Shown here piece by piece: positions 1 to 8,822 of a DNA stretch of 47,082 nt (position 1 is the first letter of the stretch; each line of letters opens with the position of its first letter). The translations under genes and the position numbers were made by a program. Source of the DNA: Escherichia phage vB_EcoS_WF5505. A model generated the notes under the pieces. It was not told where the DNA came from, did not search any database, and saw only the letters and a program-made list of their open reading frames with translations. The stretch lies in the sequence record NC_073060.1; one strand, written 5' to 3'.

Positions 1-103
1 CAGCAGATAGCGATCAACTTTTTCATACGCATGATTAATATTGGTTGCATTCAGCCTGGCACCCTGCTAGATTGGTTGCACACCAACGAGAGGACCAAAC
101 AAA

Positions 104-274
104 ATGAAATTTCCAGTAACCATCAAAGACGGTAAATCAACTATCACCTTCACCAGCAACGACCAGGGCACCTATGAAAGCGGGGCGACTTGCATGTCTA
201 CCCTGGACGATGTGATGATTCGTGTTAATTCCGGTAAAGCCTCGATTGTTGACGACAACACTAAGAAGGACTGA
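104..274 (+). CDS. Hypothetical small early protein (56 aa, MKFPVTIKDG...)
   Basis: ATG preceded by GAGAGG Shine-Dalgarno; stop 3 nt before next ATG; under 60 aa so absent from ORF track. Confidence 0.5.
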   Translation: MKFPVTIKDGKSTITFTSNDQGTYESGATCMSTLDDVMIRVNSGKASIVDDNTKKD

Positions 275-277
275 ACA

Positions 278-583
278 ATGAGAGCATTAATCTGGAAATA
301 CTCACGGGCCATAGCGAAGCTGGACGAAGCGAAAAACACAAACGGCAACGTAGACTATGCGCGCCAGTTTGCGGCACGGGCACACCAACACATCATGAGT
401 GCGCTCGACGATATGGACGCCAGCATGGATGACCTGGGTCCGCTGCGTAAGGCTATCCATGAATACGCGCTGGCATTCTCCCGTGAGCGCCTGGCCTATC
501 GCTTCGGTATTGGCGATAAGGCAGTGACAAACGTTGCCCGGATTAAAGCCCAGCGTGAGCTATTCGCCCAGCTTGCGAAATAA
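278..583 (+). CDS. Hypothetical early protein (101 aa)
   Basis: Track ORF in a tightly packed same-strand gene run; no recognisable motif. Confidence 0.6.
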   Translation: MRALIWKYSRAIAKLDEAKNTNGNVDYARQFAARAHQHIMSALDDMDASMDDLGPLRKAIHEYALAFSRERLAYRFGIGDKAVTNVARIKAQRELFAQLAK

Positions 584-592
584 GAGGCCAAA

Positions 593-862
593 ATGACCCG
601 TAGACGCGCAAAACAGCTTTCGTGGCATATCCCCCTGCATTGCATACGAATATGGGCTAAGAATGCGAATGAGGGCGATTCAGTGTTCTGGTGCTATCGC
701 GACGACGTTAAGCCGTTGACGCAGACTCGCTACTTGCACCAGTTCGCAGCACAACACGATTTCAGGGTGCGGACTTCCTTGCAACCAATGGGGATCCGTA
801 TTACATTACGCCGGAAGCCCGCCGTTGAGCGGGTAGGCAAACACTGGAGACTGAGCAAATGA
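593..862 (+). CDS. Hypothetical early protein (89 aa)
   Basis: Track ORF; stop overlaps start of next gene (ATGA coupling). Confidence 0.55.
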   Translation: MTRRRAKQLSWHIPLHCIRIWAKNANEGDSVFWCYRDDVKPLTQTRYLHQFAAQHDFRVRTSLQPMGIRITLRRKPAVERVGKHWRLSK

Positions 863-1203
863 TTCGAGTAACCGCACGCCACGAACAATCGGGGGCCACT
901 TACGATGTAATCGACGTTCGCGGCGCGTTCGTCATCTTCGGACGGGGTGACGACCGGCTGGCGCTGCCGATCGGTATGCTGAGCACATACGACTATTTCA
1001 AGCATAACGTCCGGTGTGGCGATGTGCTGCGCGATAAGCGCACCGGTGAGCTATGGACGGTGGCGAGTATTTGGGTGAAAGATAAACGGCAGCACACGTT
1101 ATTGCTCGCCCGCCCGGATTGCAAACAGCAAACTATTAACACTATTGGCCTGGTGGACTACACCCGCGTAGGCCGTAACGCTACCTGGAGACTGAGAAAA
1201 TGA
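859..1203 (+). CDS. Hypothetical protein, paralogue A (114 aa)
   Basis: Track ORF; shares GDVLRD-R-G-LW-V and GL--Y-RVGR motifs with the next gene. Confidence 0.6.
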   Translation: MIRVTARHEQSGATYDVIDVRGAFVIFGRGDDRLALPIGMLSTYDYFKHNVRCGDVLRDKRTGELWTVASIWVKDKRQHTLLLARPDCKQQTINTIGLVDYTRVGRNATWRLRK

Positions 1204-1832
1204 AATTACTATTCCGCCGTAACTCAGATGGCTATATCCTGAAGCCGATCCAGACCCTATCGAACTGGGTACGCCTCCACCACGTTGCGAGTGATAAAGT
1301 CTGGTGGGCGACTAAGGCAAAGCTGCCGGAGTACTACGAAATCCTCACACACGATATCGAGCGCGGCGATGTGCTGCGGGATATTCGCGACGGGCAATTG
1401 TGGGTCGTGGAATACGTGGGTCGGCACGGCCTGCGTATGACGTCCCGCAAGGATGGCGTAGCGGGCAACATGGTCAAGGGCATGACTTACTTCGGGCTAC
1501 TCCACTACGAACGAGTGGGCCGCAAGTACAGCCTGCGTGCGCGCCAGCCTCATGAGCGAGCGAACGCCATAGCGGACGTCGTTAACCGCGTAGCGCGGGA
1601 GGTGGAGCAGAAGACACGCGTTGAGTTCTGCAAGTCCCAGCCAGCCTATGCAACCTACGACGCGAGCAAAGCGCAGGAATTGATCCGCAGTGCCACGCAT
1701 GAAATCATCAATCACGTTGATGCCATGACGAACGCCAAGCGCCAGGCCAGCGAATACGGCGTAGGATTCATCCGTGTCGAACAAGACGGCAACATGACCG
1801 CCATCGACCCGCGCACGGTAATACTGAAATGA
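1200..1832 (+). CDS. Hypothetical protein, paralogue B (210 aa)
   Basis: Track ORF; N-terminal half is paralogous to 859-1203, translationally coupled (ATGA). Confidence 0.6.
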   Translation: MKLLFRRNSDGYILKPIQTLSNWVRLHHVASDKVWWATKAKLPEYYEILTHDIERGDVLRDIRDGQLWVVEYVGRHGLRMTSRKDGVAGNMVKGMTYFGLLHYERVGRKYSLRARQPHERANAIADVVNRVAREVEQKTRVEFCKSQPAYATYDASKAQELIRSATHEIINHVDAMTNAKRQASEYGVGFIRVEQDGNMTAIDPRTVILK

Positions 1833-1953
1833 GCGCAACTATCCGTGATATGCTTATGCATAACCGCTTTGAGATAGGCGGGAGAGTGTTCTGCAATTAC
1901 TTCGTGGCGCGTGCTTGGGCGCGCCATATCGGAAAACCAGTAGGGGCAATACG

Positions 1954-2241
1954 ATGCTACACGATTTGATATTTTGGTTTGGTTTGGGGTGTGCGTCACT
2001 CTTTGCTATAGTGCTGGCGCTGTTGATTTGGATCTTTCTGGTATGGCCCGCGGTGGAAGCCGCCAGCATTACCCGGATGACGTTCCAGATATACAAGCGC
2101 CGAGGCATAACGGAACACCCGACCAGGTTGCGCATGTGGTGGCTATGGTATCTGGATATGCTTGGAGGCCGAAGGTTTGAGGCCGTCCGATCATCCGGGT
2201 GGGAATGGAAAGGCGTCGGCAAGTGGTCCATTTTCGATTAA
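1954..2241 (+). CDS. Small membrane protein (about 95 aa)
   Basis: ATG with AGGGG RBS, in frame with track ORF 1915-2241; hydrophobic helix FWFGLGCASLFAIVLALLIWIFLVW. Confidence 0.5.
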   Translation: MLHDLIFWFGLGCASLFAIVLALLIWIFLVWPAVEAASITRMTFQIYKRRGITEHPTRLRMWWLWYLDMLGGRRFEAVRSSGWEWKGVGKWSIFD

Positions 2242-2258
2242 ATATGCAAGCGTGATAT

Positions 2259-2293
2259 AGTCCCAGTGAACTAAAACTTACTGGGACTTTTTT
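2259..2293 (+). terminator. Rho-independent terminator
   Basis: Inverted repeat AGTCCCAG...CTGGGACT followed by TTTTTT, immediately before the holin start. Confidence 0.6.
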
Positions 2294-2584
2294 ATGGATA
2301 AGCTAAACGAGTGGTTATTCGCCCTCGCGTGTCTTGCAGGTGGCTTCGTTGGCGCTCGCATTCACGGTGAGGCAACGAAAGGGCCGCTAAACTTTGTGTT
2401 GTTTATCGTGGTCGGCTTCTTGTGTGCCGTTTTCGGTGCACCAGCTATTGCCGAGTGGGCTGGCTTATCTGGTGAGCGCACTGTTGCCGGATTGGGCTTC
2501 GTAACCGCAATCTTTTGGATGCCAATCGCCGCCCGGATCAGGGAGACGATTGCGTCTATCCGTCTTCCGGGGGGTGCAAAATGA
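2294..2584 (+). CDS. Putative holin (96 aa, three hydrophobic segments)
   Basis: Small membrane protein directly upstream of the lysozyme gene. Confidence 0.6.
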   Translation: MDKLNEWLFALACLAGGFVGARIHGEATKGPLNFVLFIVVGFLCAVFGAPAIAEWAGLSGERTVAGLGFVTAIFWMPIAARIRETIASIRLPGGAK

Positions 2585-2826
2585 GCCTCGCTATCCTGTT
2601 GTTTGTAATTATCGGGGCGTCGTCCCTGTTTAACGTATATGCGCCATCCGTCCAGGATGGCTTCTTCGGTCGGGTGTTATATCTACTAACGGCAATGACC
2701 TGTATTGTCGGTCTGTTGCAAACTGGAGATGTATCTGACGCCACCTGGACCGCGCTAATCTGGCTATTCGCATTGCGCACACTGCGTAATGCTGTTTTAA
2801 ATGGGGTAAAACATGCGATTCAGTGA
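2581..2826 (+). CDS. Second small membrane protein (holin/antiholin partner, 81 aa)
   Basis: ATG overlaps preceding stop (ATGA), in frame with track ORF 2515-2826; three hydrophobic segments. Confidence 0.5.
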   Translation: MSLAILLFVIIGASSLFNVYAPSVQDGFFGRVLYLLTAMTCIVGLLQTGDVSDATWTALIWLFALRTLRNAVLNGVKHAIQ

Positions 2827-3304
2827 CAACGGTCTAAGATTTACGGCAGCTTGGGAGTCATTCAGCCCGGTGCCGTATTTCGCGACTAAGAAAGAGCAGG
2901 CCCGCGGCCTGTACACCTGGGGCTATGGTCACACCGGCACTAATCCGCCGCAGAGCATTACCCGCGCGGAAGCACTGGAACTACTCAAGCGTGATGTGGC
3001 GTATGCCGAGAACTGGGTGAACAAGTATGCACACCCGAGCGTCAACCAGGCGCAATTCGACGCGCTGGTGGATCTGGTAATCAATGCCGGTCAGGGTCCA
3101 ATCGTACCGGACAACATTGCCAATGACTTCGATGACGCGGTGCGCCTGGGTGACTGGGCGAAAGTCCGAGCTACGCTGCCGCAGTTCCGCAAGCAAGGCG
3201 GGGAAGTGCTCAAGGGTCTTGTCCGTCGTGCAATCGGCAGACAGGCGCTATTCGATGGTAAGCAGTGGGACGTTGCCGAGAAAATCGGTCGTAACGCGGC
3301 ATAA
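2813..3304 (+). CDS. Endolysin, phage lysozyme family (GH24-like)
   Basis: Motifs AWESF...GLYTWGYGHTG...ITRAEALELLKRDV...NQAQFDALVDLVINAG resemble T4/lambda-type lysozymes; follows holins. Confidence 0.8.
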   Translation: MRFSDNGLRFTAAWESFSPVPYFATKKEQARGLYTWGYGHTGTNPPQSITRAEALELLKRDVAYAENWVNKYAHPSVNQAQFDALVDLVINAGQGPIVPDNIANDFDDAVRLGDWAKVRATLPQFRKQGGEVLKGLVRRAIGRQALFDGKQWDVAEKIGRNAA

Positions 3305-3320
3305 TACGAGGAAACACAGT

Positions 3321-3488
3321 ATGTTAAAAAGTATTCTTGATCATAACGCGGACGCGCTTGCCGCACTGGCTAAAACGGAAGACCCAGGCGCGCGCGCCAT
3401 TATCGCGGACACTATCAGTCATGCTGGCGTCTTTGACGCTAAGTTGCCGAGTCCGCCACCGCCGGAAGAACCAGGCCCAACGGTGTGA
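3321..3488 (+). CDS. Small hypothetical protein (55 aa, Pro-rich C-terminus)
   Basis: ATG with GAGGAAA RBS, in frame with track ORF 3084-3488; position after endolysin. Confidence 0.45.
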   Translation: MLKSILDHNADALAALAKTEDPGARAIIADTISHAGVFDAKLPSPPPPEEPGPTV

Positions 3489-3495
3489 AATCACA

Positions 3496-3519
3496 AGCCC
3501 GGCTAATGTCGGGCTTTTT
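3496..3519 (+). terminator. Rho-independent terminator
   Basis: AGCCCG-loop-CGGGCT hairpin followed by TTTT. Confidence 0.6.
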
Positions 3520-3523
3520 ATTG

Positions 3524-3563
3524 CTTGACTTGCAACCAACATAGAGGCCATACTGCAACCAAT
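3524..3563 (+). promoter_or_regulatory. Promoter-like region with two TGCAACCAA(T/C) motif copies
   Basis: TTGACT then TGCAACCAAC (3531-3540) and TGCAACCAAT (3554-3563) upstream of small ORFs. Confidence 0.4.
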
Positions 3564-3585
3564 CAACGAGAAGGAGTAATACACT

Positions 3586-3672
3586 ATGACACGCAATGAT
3601 ATTTATGTACTGGCAATCTGGTCCGCAGCGGCCTTTATCGGAATGGTAATTTGTGAGGTGATGTATGGCTGA
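3586..3672 (+). CDS. Possible 28-aa hydrophobic peptide
   Basis: ATG after AAGGAG RBS; MTRNDIYVLAIWSAAAFIGMVICEVMYG; below track length cut-off. Confidence 0.3.
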   Translation: MTRNDIYVLAIWSAAAFIGMVICEVMYG

Positions 3673-3838
3673 GTTAATCCGCCTGATGGCGCGGGATGAA
3701 CACGTGAAAGTAACATTCTATGAAGGCGGCAAGTGCTGCCGAGTGGAGTGCTGCGACCGTGGCGTTAAAATGCAATTCGAAGGATACACGGACACTATTG
3801 TTGATATTCTTCGAGACCTGGGGACGATCCGCGGCTGA
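3665..3838 (+). CDS. Small Cys-rich hypothetical protein (57 aa)
   Basis: ATG overlaps upstream stop; contains CC...ECC cysteine pairs; not in track. Confidence 0.35.
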   Translation: MAELIRLMARDEHVKVTFYEGGKCCRVECCDRGVKMQFEGYTDTIVDILRDLGTIRG

Positions 3839-3885
3839 GGCCGTGGTATATTGTCCCCGGACCCATAATCAGGAAGTAAATTAAT

Positions 3886-5028
3886 ATGCACCCGCAAACT
3901 AAAATTACCGACGAGCAATTGATCGCTGAAGTGCAATCCGGCACTACCTCGAAAGATATTGCGAAGAAATACGGCCTTTCCCTTCGTAATGTCTATATGC
4001 GCAAAGCCCGCCTGTCGAAGAAAGGTATTGGACACGGCAACGATGCTGTAATCCGTAAGCGCGTTGCCGATGGCTTCGGCGTTAAGCGTGTATCCGCCCT
4101 GGTGCGTGGCAATGGCGAGGAGGTCATGTCCTGGGTCATCACCGAGCAGGACAAGGAGCGCCAACTCGAAGCAATGCGCGCCGTTGTCGAGGGCATGAAT
4201 AGCGAAATCACACCGGCAGCACCAGTGAGCGCTCCGCCAGTCCCGATCCAGGCGCTTGACCTGCTTAACCTGTATACCGTGTCTGACTTCCACCTGGGAA
4301 TGTTGGCGTGGGGCGAGGAAACTGGCGAAGACTGGGATATGGCAATCGCCGAAGACCTTTTTTACCGCTGGTTTGTCGAGGCCTTCGCACGCGCACCGGA
4401 CGCTGGCACTGCCGTTATCAATATCCTCGGTGATATGGCGCATTTTGATAGCCTTGATGCCGTCACGCCAGCCAGTGGTCATGTACTGGATGCCGATACC
4501 CGCTACCAGAAGTTGGTCCGCTACATGATTCGCATGGTGCGCAACGTGGTTGAACTGGCGCTGAAAAAACACCATAAGGTCAAACTGCTAATCGTCCAGG
4601 GTAATCATGATGAGTCCGGTATGATTTGGCTGGCTGAAATGTTCAATACCCTGTACGAGAACGAGCCGCGCGTTGATGTGGACACGTCACCGGACGTATA
4701 CAAAATGGTGCAGCACGGTAAAACAACGCTGTTCTTCCACCACGGACACAAAGCCCGCTTTGACGCCATCGAGCCGGTTATGATTTCTAAATTCAGACAG
4801 GCTTTCGGGTCCAGTGAGTACAGCTACGCGCACGTGGGCCACTTGCACCACCAGAAGATTGTTGAATCCCGCAACATGATTGTTGAACAGCACCGGACCC
4901 TTGCCGCTAAAGATGCATACGCAAGCCGCGGCGGTTGGATGTCTGGTCGTAGTGCTAACGTCATCACCTATAGCGCCAACTACGGCGAAGTAGCGCGCTT
5001 AACCATTAGCCCGGAAATGTTGAAATGA
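3886..5028 (+). CDS. HTH domain fused to calcineurin-like metallophosphoesterase (380 aa)
   Basis: N-terminal HTH-like SKDIAKKYGLSLRNVYMRKA; phosphoesterase motifs SDFHLG, ILGDMAHFD, VQGNHDE, FFHHGH, VGHLHH. Confidence 0.7.
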   Translation: MHPQTKITDEQLIAEVQSGTTSKDIAKKYGLSLRNVYMRKARLSKKGIGHGNDAVIRKRVADGFGVKRVSALVRGNGEEVMSWVITEQDKERQLEAMRAVVEGMNSEITPAAPVSAPPVPIQALDLLNLYTVSDFHLGMLAWGEETGEDWDMAIAEDLFYRWFVEAFARAPDAGTAVINILGDMAHFDSLDAVTPASGHVLDADTRYQKLVRYMIRMVRNVVELALKKHHKVKLLIVQGNHDESGMIWLAEMFNTLYENEPRVDVDTSPDVYKMVQHGKTTLFFHHGHKARFDAIEPVMISKFRQAFGSSEYSYAHVGHLHHQKIVESRNMIVEQHRTLAAKDAYASRGGWMSGRSANVITYSANYGEVARLTISPEMLK

Positions 5029-5237
5029 TTAGACAAGTATTCATGAGCACGCAGGCCACCCGCCTGAAAGAGCTTCGCAAACAGCTTGAAGGCTTGCGCC
5101 GATTCGAACGAACGGCAGCGGCGATCGGCATGTCTATCAGTGAGCGGATCGAGATACTATCGCAAATACGCTACACAGAAGGCGCTATAAGCGAAGTAGA
5201 AAGCATGTTGACCCGATACTACGGTCGCGCCGTTTAA
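5025..5237 (+). CDS. Hypothetical protein (70 aa)
   Basis: Track ORF, translationally coupled to upstream gene. Confidence 0.5.
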   Translation: MIRQVFMSTQATRLKELRKQLEGLRRFERTAAAIGMSISERIEILSQIRYTEGAISEVESMLTRYYGRAV

Positions 5238-5244
5238 CCCTCCC

Positions 5245-5270
5245 AGCCCGCCGATTTGGTGGGCTTTTTT
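5245..5270 (+). terminator. Rho-independent terminator
   Basis: AGCCCGCC...GGTGGGCT hairpin followed by TTTTTT. Confidence 0.55.
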
Positions 5271-5354
5271 GTGCCTGTTATAATCCCCCTTAGATGGCTG
5301 GGCCGTCTCCTATGTTGCCGATGGTCGGCGCATATGCATAAAAGGGCTTATATC

Positions 5355-5906
5355 ATGGCAGAAATCAAAGTTAAGGGCCGTCGTGCCAAACTGGACGGTC
5401 GAGTAGCAGTTACCCCGCGCCGTAAACCAGGCGAGCAAACAGAACACACCAATCTTGGACCCGAGATCGAATACGGCAAGCGTCGTAAAGGCGGCAAATG
5501 CGGACGCCCGACTGACTACCGCACCGTGTATTGTGACCAGCTTCGCCGCTATTTTGCTGATGCCGTAGCCTGGCAGATCAACTACTCCGACAAGGGTGCT
5601 GCGCAAGTCATCCCTCACAACAAGATGCCGACTCTCGGTCGCTTTGCCGCGGATATTGGCGTTGGCATCGCTTGCCTGTACCGCTGGGCGCGTGCACATG
5701 AGGAGTTCGCCGAAGCAATGGCGGACGCTATGGAGTTGCAGAAAACTTTCCTGATGGAGGCAGGCGGCGTGACCATCGCGGCGGGCTTCGCAACGTTCCT
5801 GCTTAAAGCAAACCACGGCATCCGTGACGATGCGCCGCTGGATGACGACGAAGATGATAACGGCGACGTCGTTGTCGAACCTACCGGCAAAGGCCAGGGC
5901 GAATAA
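5355..5906 (+). CDS. Putative terminase small subunit
   Basis: Immediately upstream of and coupled to the large terminase; acidic C-terminus; ATG with AAGGG RBS in frame with track ORF 5256-5906. Confidence 0.5.
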   Translation: MAEIKVKGRRAKLDGRVAVTPRRKPGEQTEHTNLGPEIEYGKRRKGGKCGRPTDYRTVYCDQLRRYFADAVAWQINYSDKGAAQVIPHNKMPTLGRFAADIGVGIACLYRWARAHEEFAEAMADAMELQKTFLMEAGGVTIAAGFATFLLKANHGIRDDAPLDDDEDDNGDVVVEPTGKGQGE

Positions 5907-7291
5907 TGCGTAACTATGCGGCAGAACACCGCGCACTTGAACGCGCGATCGTAAAGCGCAACCGACCGCCACGCCCTACGCGCGTTGCGCAGGCCGTCCG
6001 CCTGTATCAGCCTGATTGCCTTCCGCACCAGGTGGAACTGCTGCGCGACACGAAGACCAAAATCCTCGGCTTGTGTTCCGGCTTCGGTGGCGGCAAGTCA
6101 TGGGTCGCGGCGCGTAAGGTCATCCAGCTTCTCACACTTAACCCTGGCCATGATGGCATCGTTACAGAACCGACTATTCCACTCCTGGTTAAAATCATGT
6201 ACCCGGAGCTTGAGAAGGCTTTCGACGAGGCTGGATTCCGGTGGAAGTTCAACAAGCAAGATAAAATCTATAGCGTGCTGGTGAAAGGCAAATGGACCCG
6301 CGTTATTTGTGAGTCAATGGAGAACTACACCCGCCTGATCGGGGTTAACGCCGCGTGGATTGTTGCCGATGAGTTCGACACCACGAAGCAGGACGTCGCG
6401 ATGGCGGCGTATCACAAATTGCTCGGTCGTCTGCGTGCGGGCCTGGTGCGCCAGTTCGTCATCGTGTCCACGCCTGAAGGCTTCCGGGCGATGTATCAGA
6501 TTTTCGAAGTGGAGAAGGATAGCCAGAAGCGTTTAATCAGGGCGAAGACTACCGATAATCACCACTTACCGGCAGACTTTATCGACACACTGCGAAGCCA
6601 GTACCCAGCAAACCTGATTGACGCGTACCTTAACGGCCTGTTTGTCAACCTCACCTCGGGCGCTGTATACAAGATGTTTAACCGCGAAGAGAACGCCAGC
6701 ACCGAGGAAGTGCAACCGGATGATACGCTGATTATCGGTATGGACTTTAACGTTACGAAAATGGCGGCGGTTGTGTACGTCAGACGGCAGCGCACTACCG
6801 AGAGCAAGGAGTTCCGCGACGAGATCCACGCAGTGGACGAATTTGTGGACCTGTTTGATACCCCGGCTATGGTTGAGGCGATCGAGGAGCGCTACCCCGA
6901 TCATTGTGCTGCCGGTCGGGTCGTCGTTTACCCGGATAGCAGTGGCAAGTCTCGTAAGACTGTTAACGCGTCATCGTCCGATATCGCGCAACTGGAAGAC
7001 GCTGGCTTCGAGGTGGAGTATGACAGCGTCAACCCGCCTGTAAAAGACAGATTGATCGCGATGAATACGATGATGTGCAACTCGAAGGGCGTGCGCCAGT
7101 ATTTTGTCAACATGGATAAATGCCCTACACTAGCGAAATGTCTGGAACAGCAGGTTTATGACCTGAAGAAAGGCGAGCCGGATAAAACCGCCGGTGTGGA
7201 CCACATGAACGATGCCGCAGGCTACCCTGTTGCGCACCTGTTCCCAGTGATTCGTCCAATCGCCGTTGTTCCAACTGTAGACTTCTACTAA
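5906..7291 (+). CDS. Terminase large subunit
   Basis: Walker A-like CSGFGGGKS, Walker B WIVADEFD, C-terminal nuclease-like region; 461 aa; followed by portal. Confidence 0.85.
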   Translation: MRNYAAEHRALERAIVKRNRPPRPTRVAQAVRLYQPDCLPHQVELLRDTKTKILGLCSGFGGGKSWVAARKVIQLLTLNPGHDGIVTEPTIPLLVKIMYPELEKAFDEAGFRWKFNKQDKIYSVLVKGKWTRVICESMENYTRLIGVNAAWIVADEFDTTKQDVAMAAYHKLLGRLRAGLVRQFVIVSTPEGFRAMYQIFEVEKDSQKRLIRAKTTDNHHLPADFIDTLRSQYPANLIDAYLNGLFVNLTSGAVYKMFNREENASTEEVQPDDTLIIGMDFNVTKMAAVVYVRRQRTTESKEFRDEIHAVDEFVDLFDTPAMVEAIEERYPDHCAAGRVVVYPDSSGKSRKTVNASSSDIAQLEDAGFEVEYDSVNPPVKDRLIAMNTMMCNSKGVRQYFVNMDKCPTLAKCLEQQVYDLKKGEPDKTAGVDHMNDAAGYPVAHLFPVIRPIAVVPTVDFY

Positions 7292-7301
7292 GGAAACGAC
7301 C

Positions 7302-8822
7302 ATGACCGTTAACGTTGACAACCAGCACCCACTCTATGCGCGCATCGCGCAGGAATGGAAAATGATCCGGGATTGCGTAGCAGGGGAGCGCGCCGTGAAG
7401 GCGTGCGGCCCCTTATACCTGCCACACCCAGCCAGTGGCGACAATACCGACCCGAAAGCACGGGCGCGATATAAGGCATATAAGCAACGCGCTGTATTCC
7501 TGAACGCCACCGCACGCACGCTTAATGCGCTGTTAGGCGTCGCCTTCGCTAAGCCGGTAAGTCTGGACCTTTCCGGGGCGATGGCTGACCTGATTGATGA
7601 CGTAGACGGCAGCGGAATGCCACTGCCGCAACTCCTGCGCGGTGCTATGTCGGAAGTGCTGCAATCGGGCCGCGCGGGCTTTATGGTGGACTACGACCGC
7701 CAGGCTAACTTTGATGAACTGGGTAACGTAGTGCCGCAGACCGCCGCCGAGATGGCGACGCACCGCCCGCTTATCCGCCTGTATACGGCAGAACAGATCA
7801 TCAACTGGCGGCAGACCCACGGGATTGACACGCTAATCGTGCTGAAGGAAACGGACGAAATCAGCACCGAAGACCCGGACGACTTTGCAAACCACGAAGT
7901 AACGATCTGGACTGAATTGCGCATGATTAACGGCGCGGCACACGCCCGCCGCTGGTTTTACAACGCAGACACGTCCGAGGTGCAGATGGACTTGCCGCGT
8001 GGCTTCACCCGCACCGAGCTTGTGCCGCTGGTGGATGCTGCCGGTCGAGCGCTTACTCAACTTCCGTTTTGCTGGTGTGGCGCGGTGGACAACAACGCAA
8101 CGCCGGACGCCGCGCCGCTGGCGGATATTGCATCCATCAACATTAAGCACTACAACGCTGAGGCGGACGTTGCCGAGATCGCGCACATCGTGGGCCAGCC
8201 TACCCTTGTCGCCACGGGCTTGACTCAATCATGGGCCGACAAAAACCTGAAGGGTGGGATTGCTCTCGGCGCGACTAAGGGCGTTATCCTGGGCCAGAAC
8301 ATGGACGCTAAACTGATTCAGGCCGAGGAGCGCAACTTGTCTGTTGCACTTTGTGAGCGCCGCGAATTGCAGATGGCTAAACTGGGCGCGGCCCTGGTTG
8401 AGAAGGGGACTGCACCAAAGACGGCAACTGAAGCGGCATACGATGCGCAGACTGACAATAGTATCCTGTCGCTCATTGCCGGTAACGTTGAGAAGGCTTT
8501 CAACCGCGCGCTGCAAATCGTCCAGCTATTCACCGGCGACACCGCTGACCAGCGCGTGACGCTGAACAAGTTCTACACCGAAATCACGGTTGACGCGCAG
8601 CTTATGTCCGCAATGATGGCGGGTGTGCAGACCGGTACTGTCCGACTGGCTGACTTTATCAAGTGGATGATGGCGCAGGGTGTTATCGATGACTCGCAAA
8701 CCGTCGAGCAGGTGGAAGACGAATTGCGAAATCAGAATCCATTGCCTCAAATGTCCCCTGATGCGGTAGAATCTACCGAAGAAGACCCGGACAAGGTAAC
8801 GGACAATGGCGAGAACAATTAA
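7302..8822 (+). CDS. Portal protein
   Basis: 506-aa ORF directly after TerL with acidic C-terminus; assigned by position and size. Confidence 0.7.
   Translation: MTVNVDNQHPLYARIAQEWKMIRDCVAGERAVKACGPLYLPHPASGDNTDPKARARYKAYKQRAVFLNATARTLNALLGVAFAKPVSLDLSGAMADLIDDVDGSGMPLPQLLRGAMSEVLQSGRAGFMVDYDRQANFDELGNVVPQTAAEMATHRPLIRLYTAEQIINWRQTHGIDTLIVLKETDEISTEDPDDFANHEVTIWTELRMINGAAHARRWFYNADTSEVQMDLPRGFTRTELVPLVDAAGRALTQLPFCWCGAVDNNATPDAAPLADIASINIKHYNAEADVAEIAHIVGQPTLVATGLTQSWADKNLKGGIALGATKGVILGQNMDAKLIQAEERNLSVALCERRELQMAKLGAALVEKGTAPKTATEAAYDAQTDNSILSLIAGNVEKAFNRALQIVQLFTGDTADQRVTLNKFYTEITVDAQLMSAMMAGVQTGTVRLADFIKWMMAQGVIDDSQTVEQVEDELRNQNPLPQMSPDAVESTEEDPDKVTDNGENN

Larger units (their letters stand above)
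1..2026. repeat. Left copy of exact 2,026-bp direct terminal repeat
   Basis: Bases 1-2026 are identical to 45057-47082; track ORFs 278-583, 593-862, 859-1203 and 1200-1832 recur at +45056 with identical translations. Confidence 0.95.

Noticed and set aside
1-2026. Terminal repeat as an insertion sequence or transposon
   Set aside because: Contains no transposase-like ORF and no terminal inverted repeats; it carries ordinary early phage genes.
3489-3885. tRNA or other structured RNA gene in the larger intergenic regions (also 17318-17710 and 41806-42072)
   Set aside because: No cloverleaf-compatible segment with conserved T-loop or D-loop features was seen by eye; a tRNA scan would be needed to be certain.
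3718-4575. 285-aa minus-strand ORF antisense to the HTH-metallophosphoesterase gene
   Set aside because: Antisense to a gene with clear catalytic motifs; Arg/His-rich low-complexity translation.
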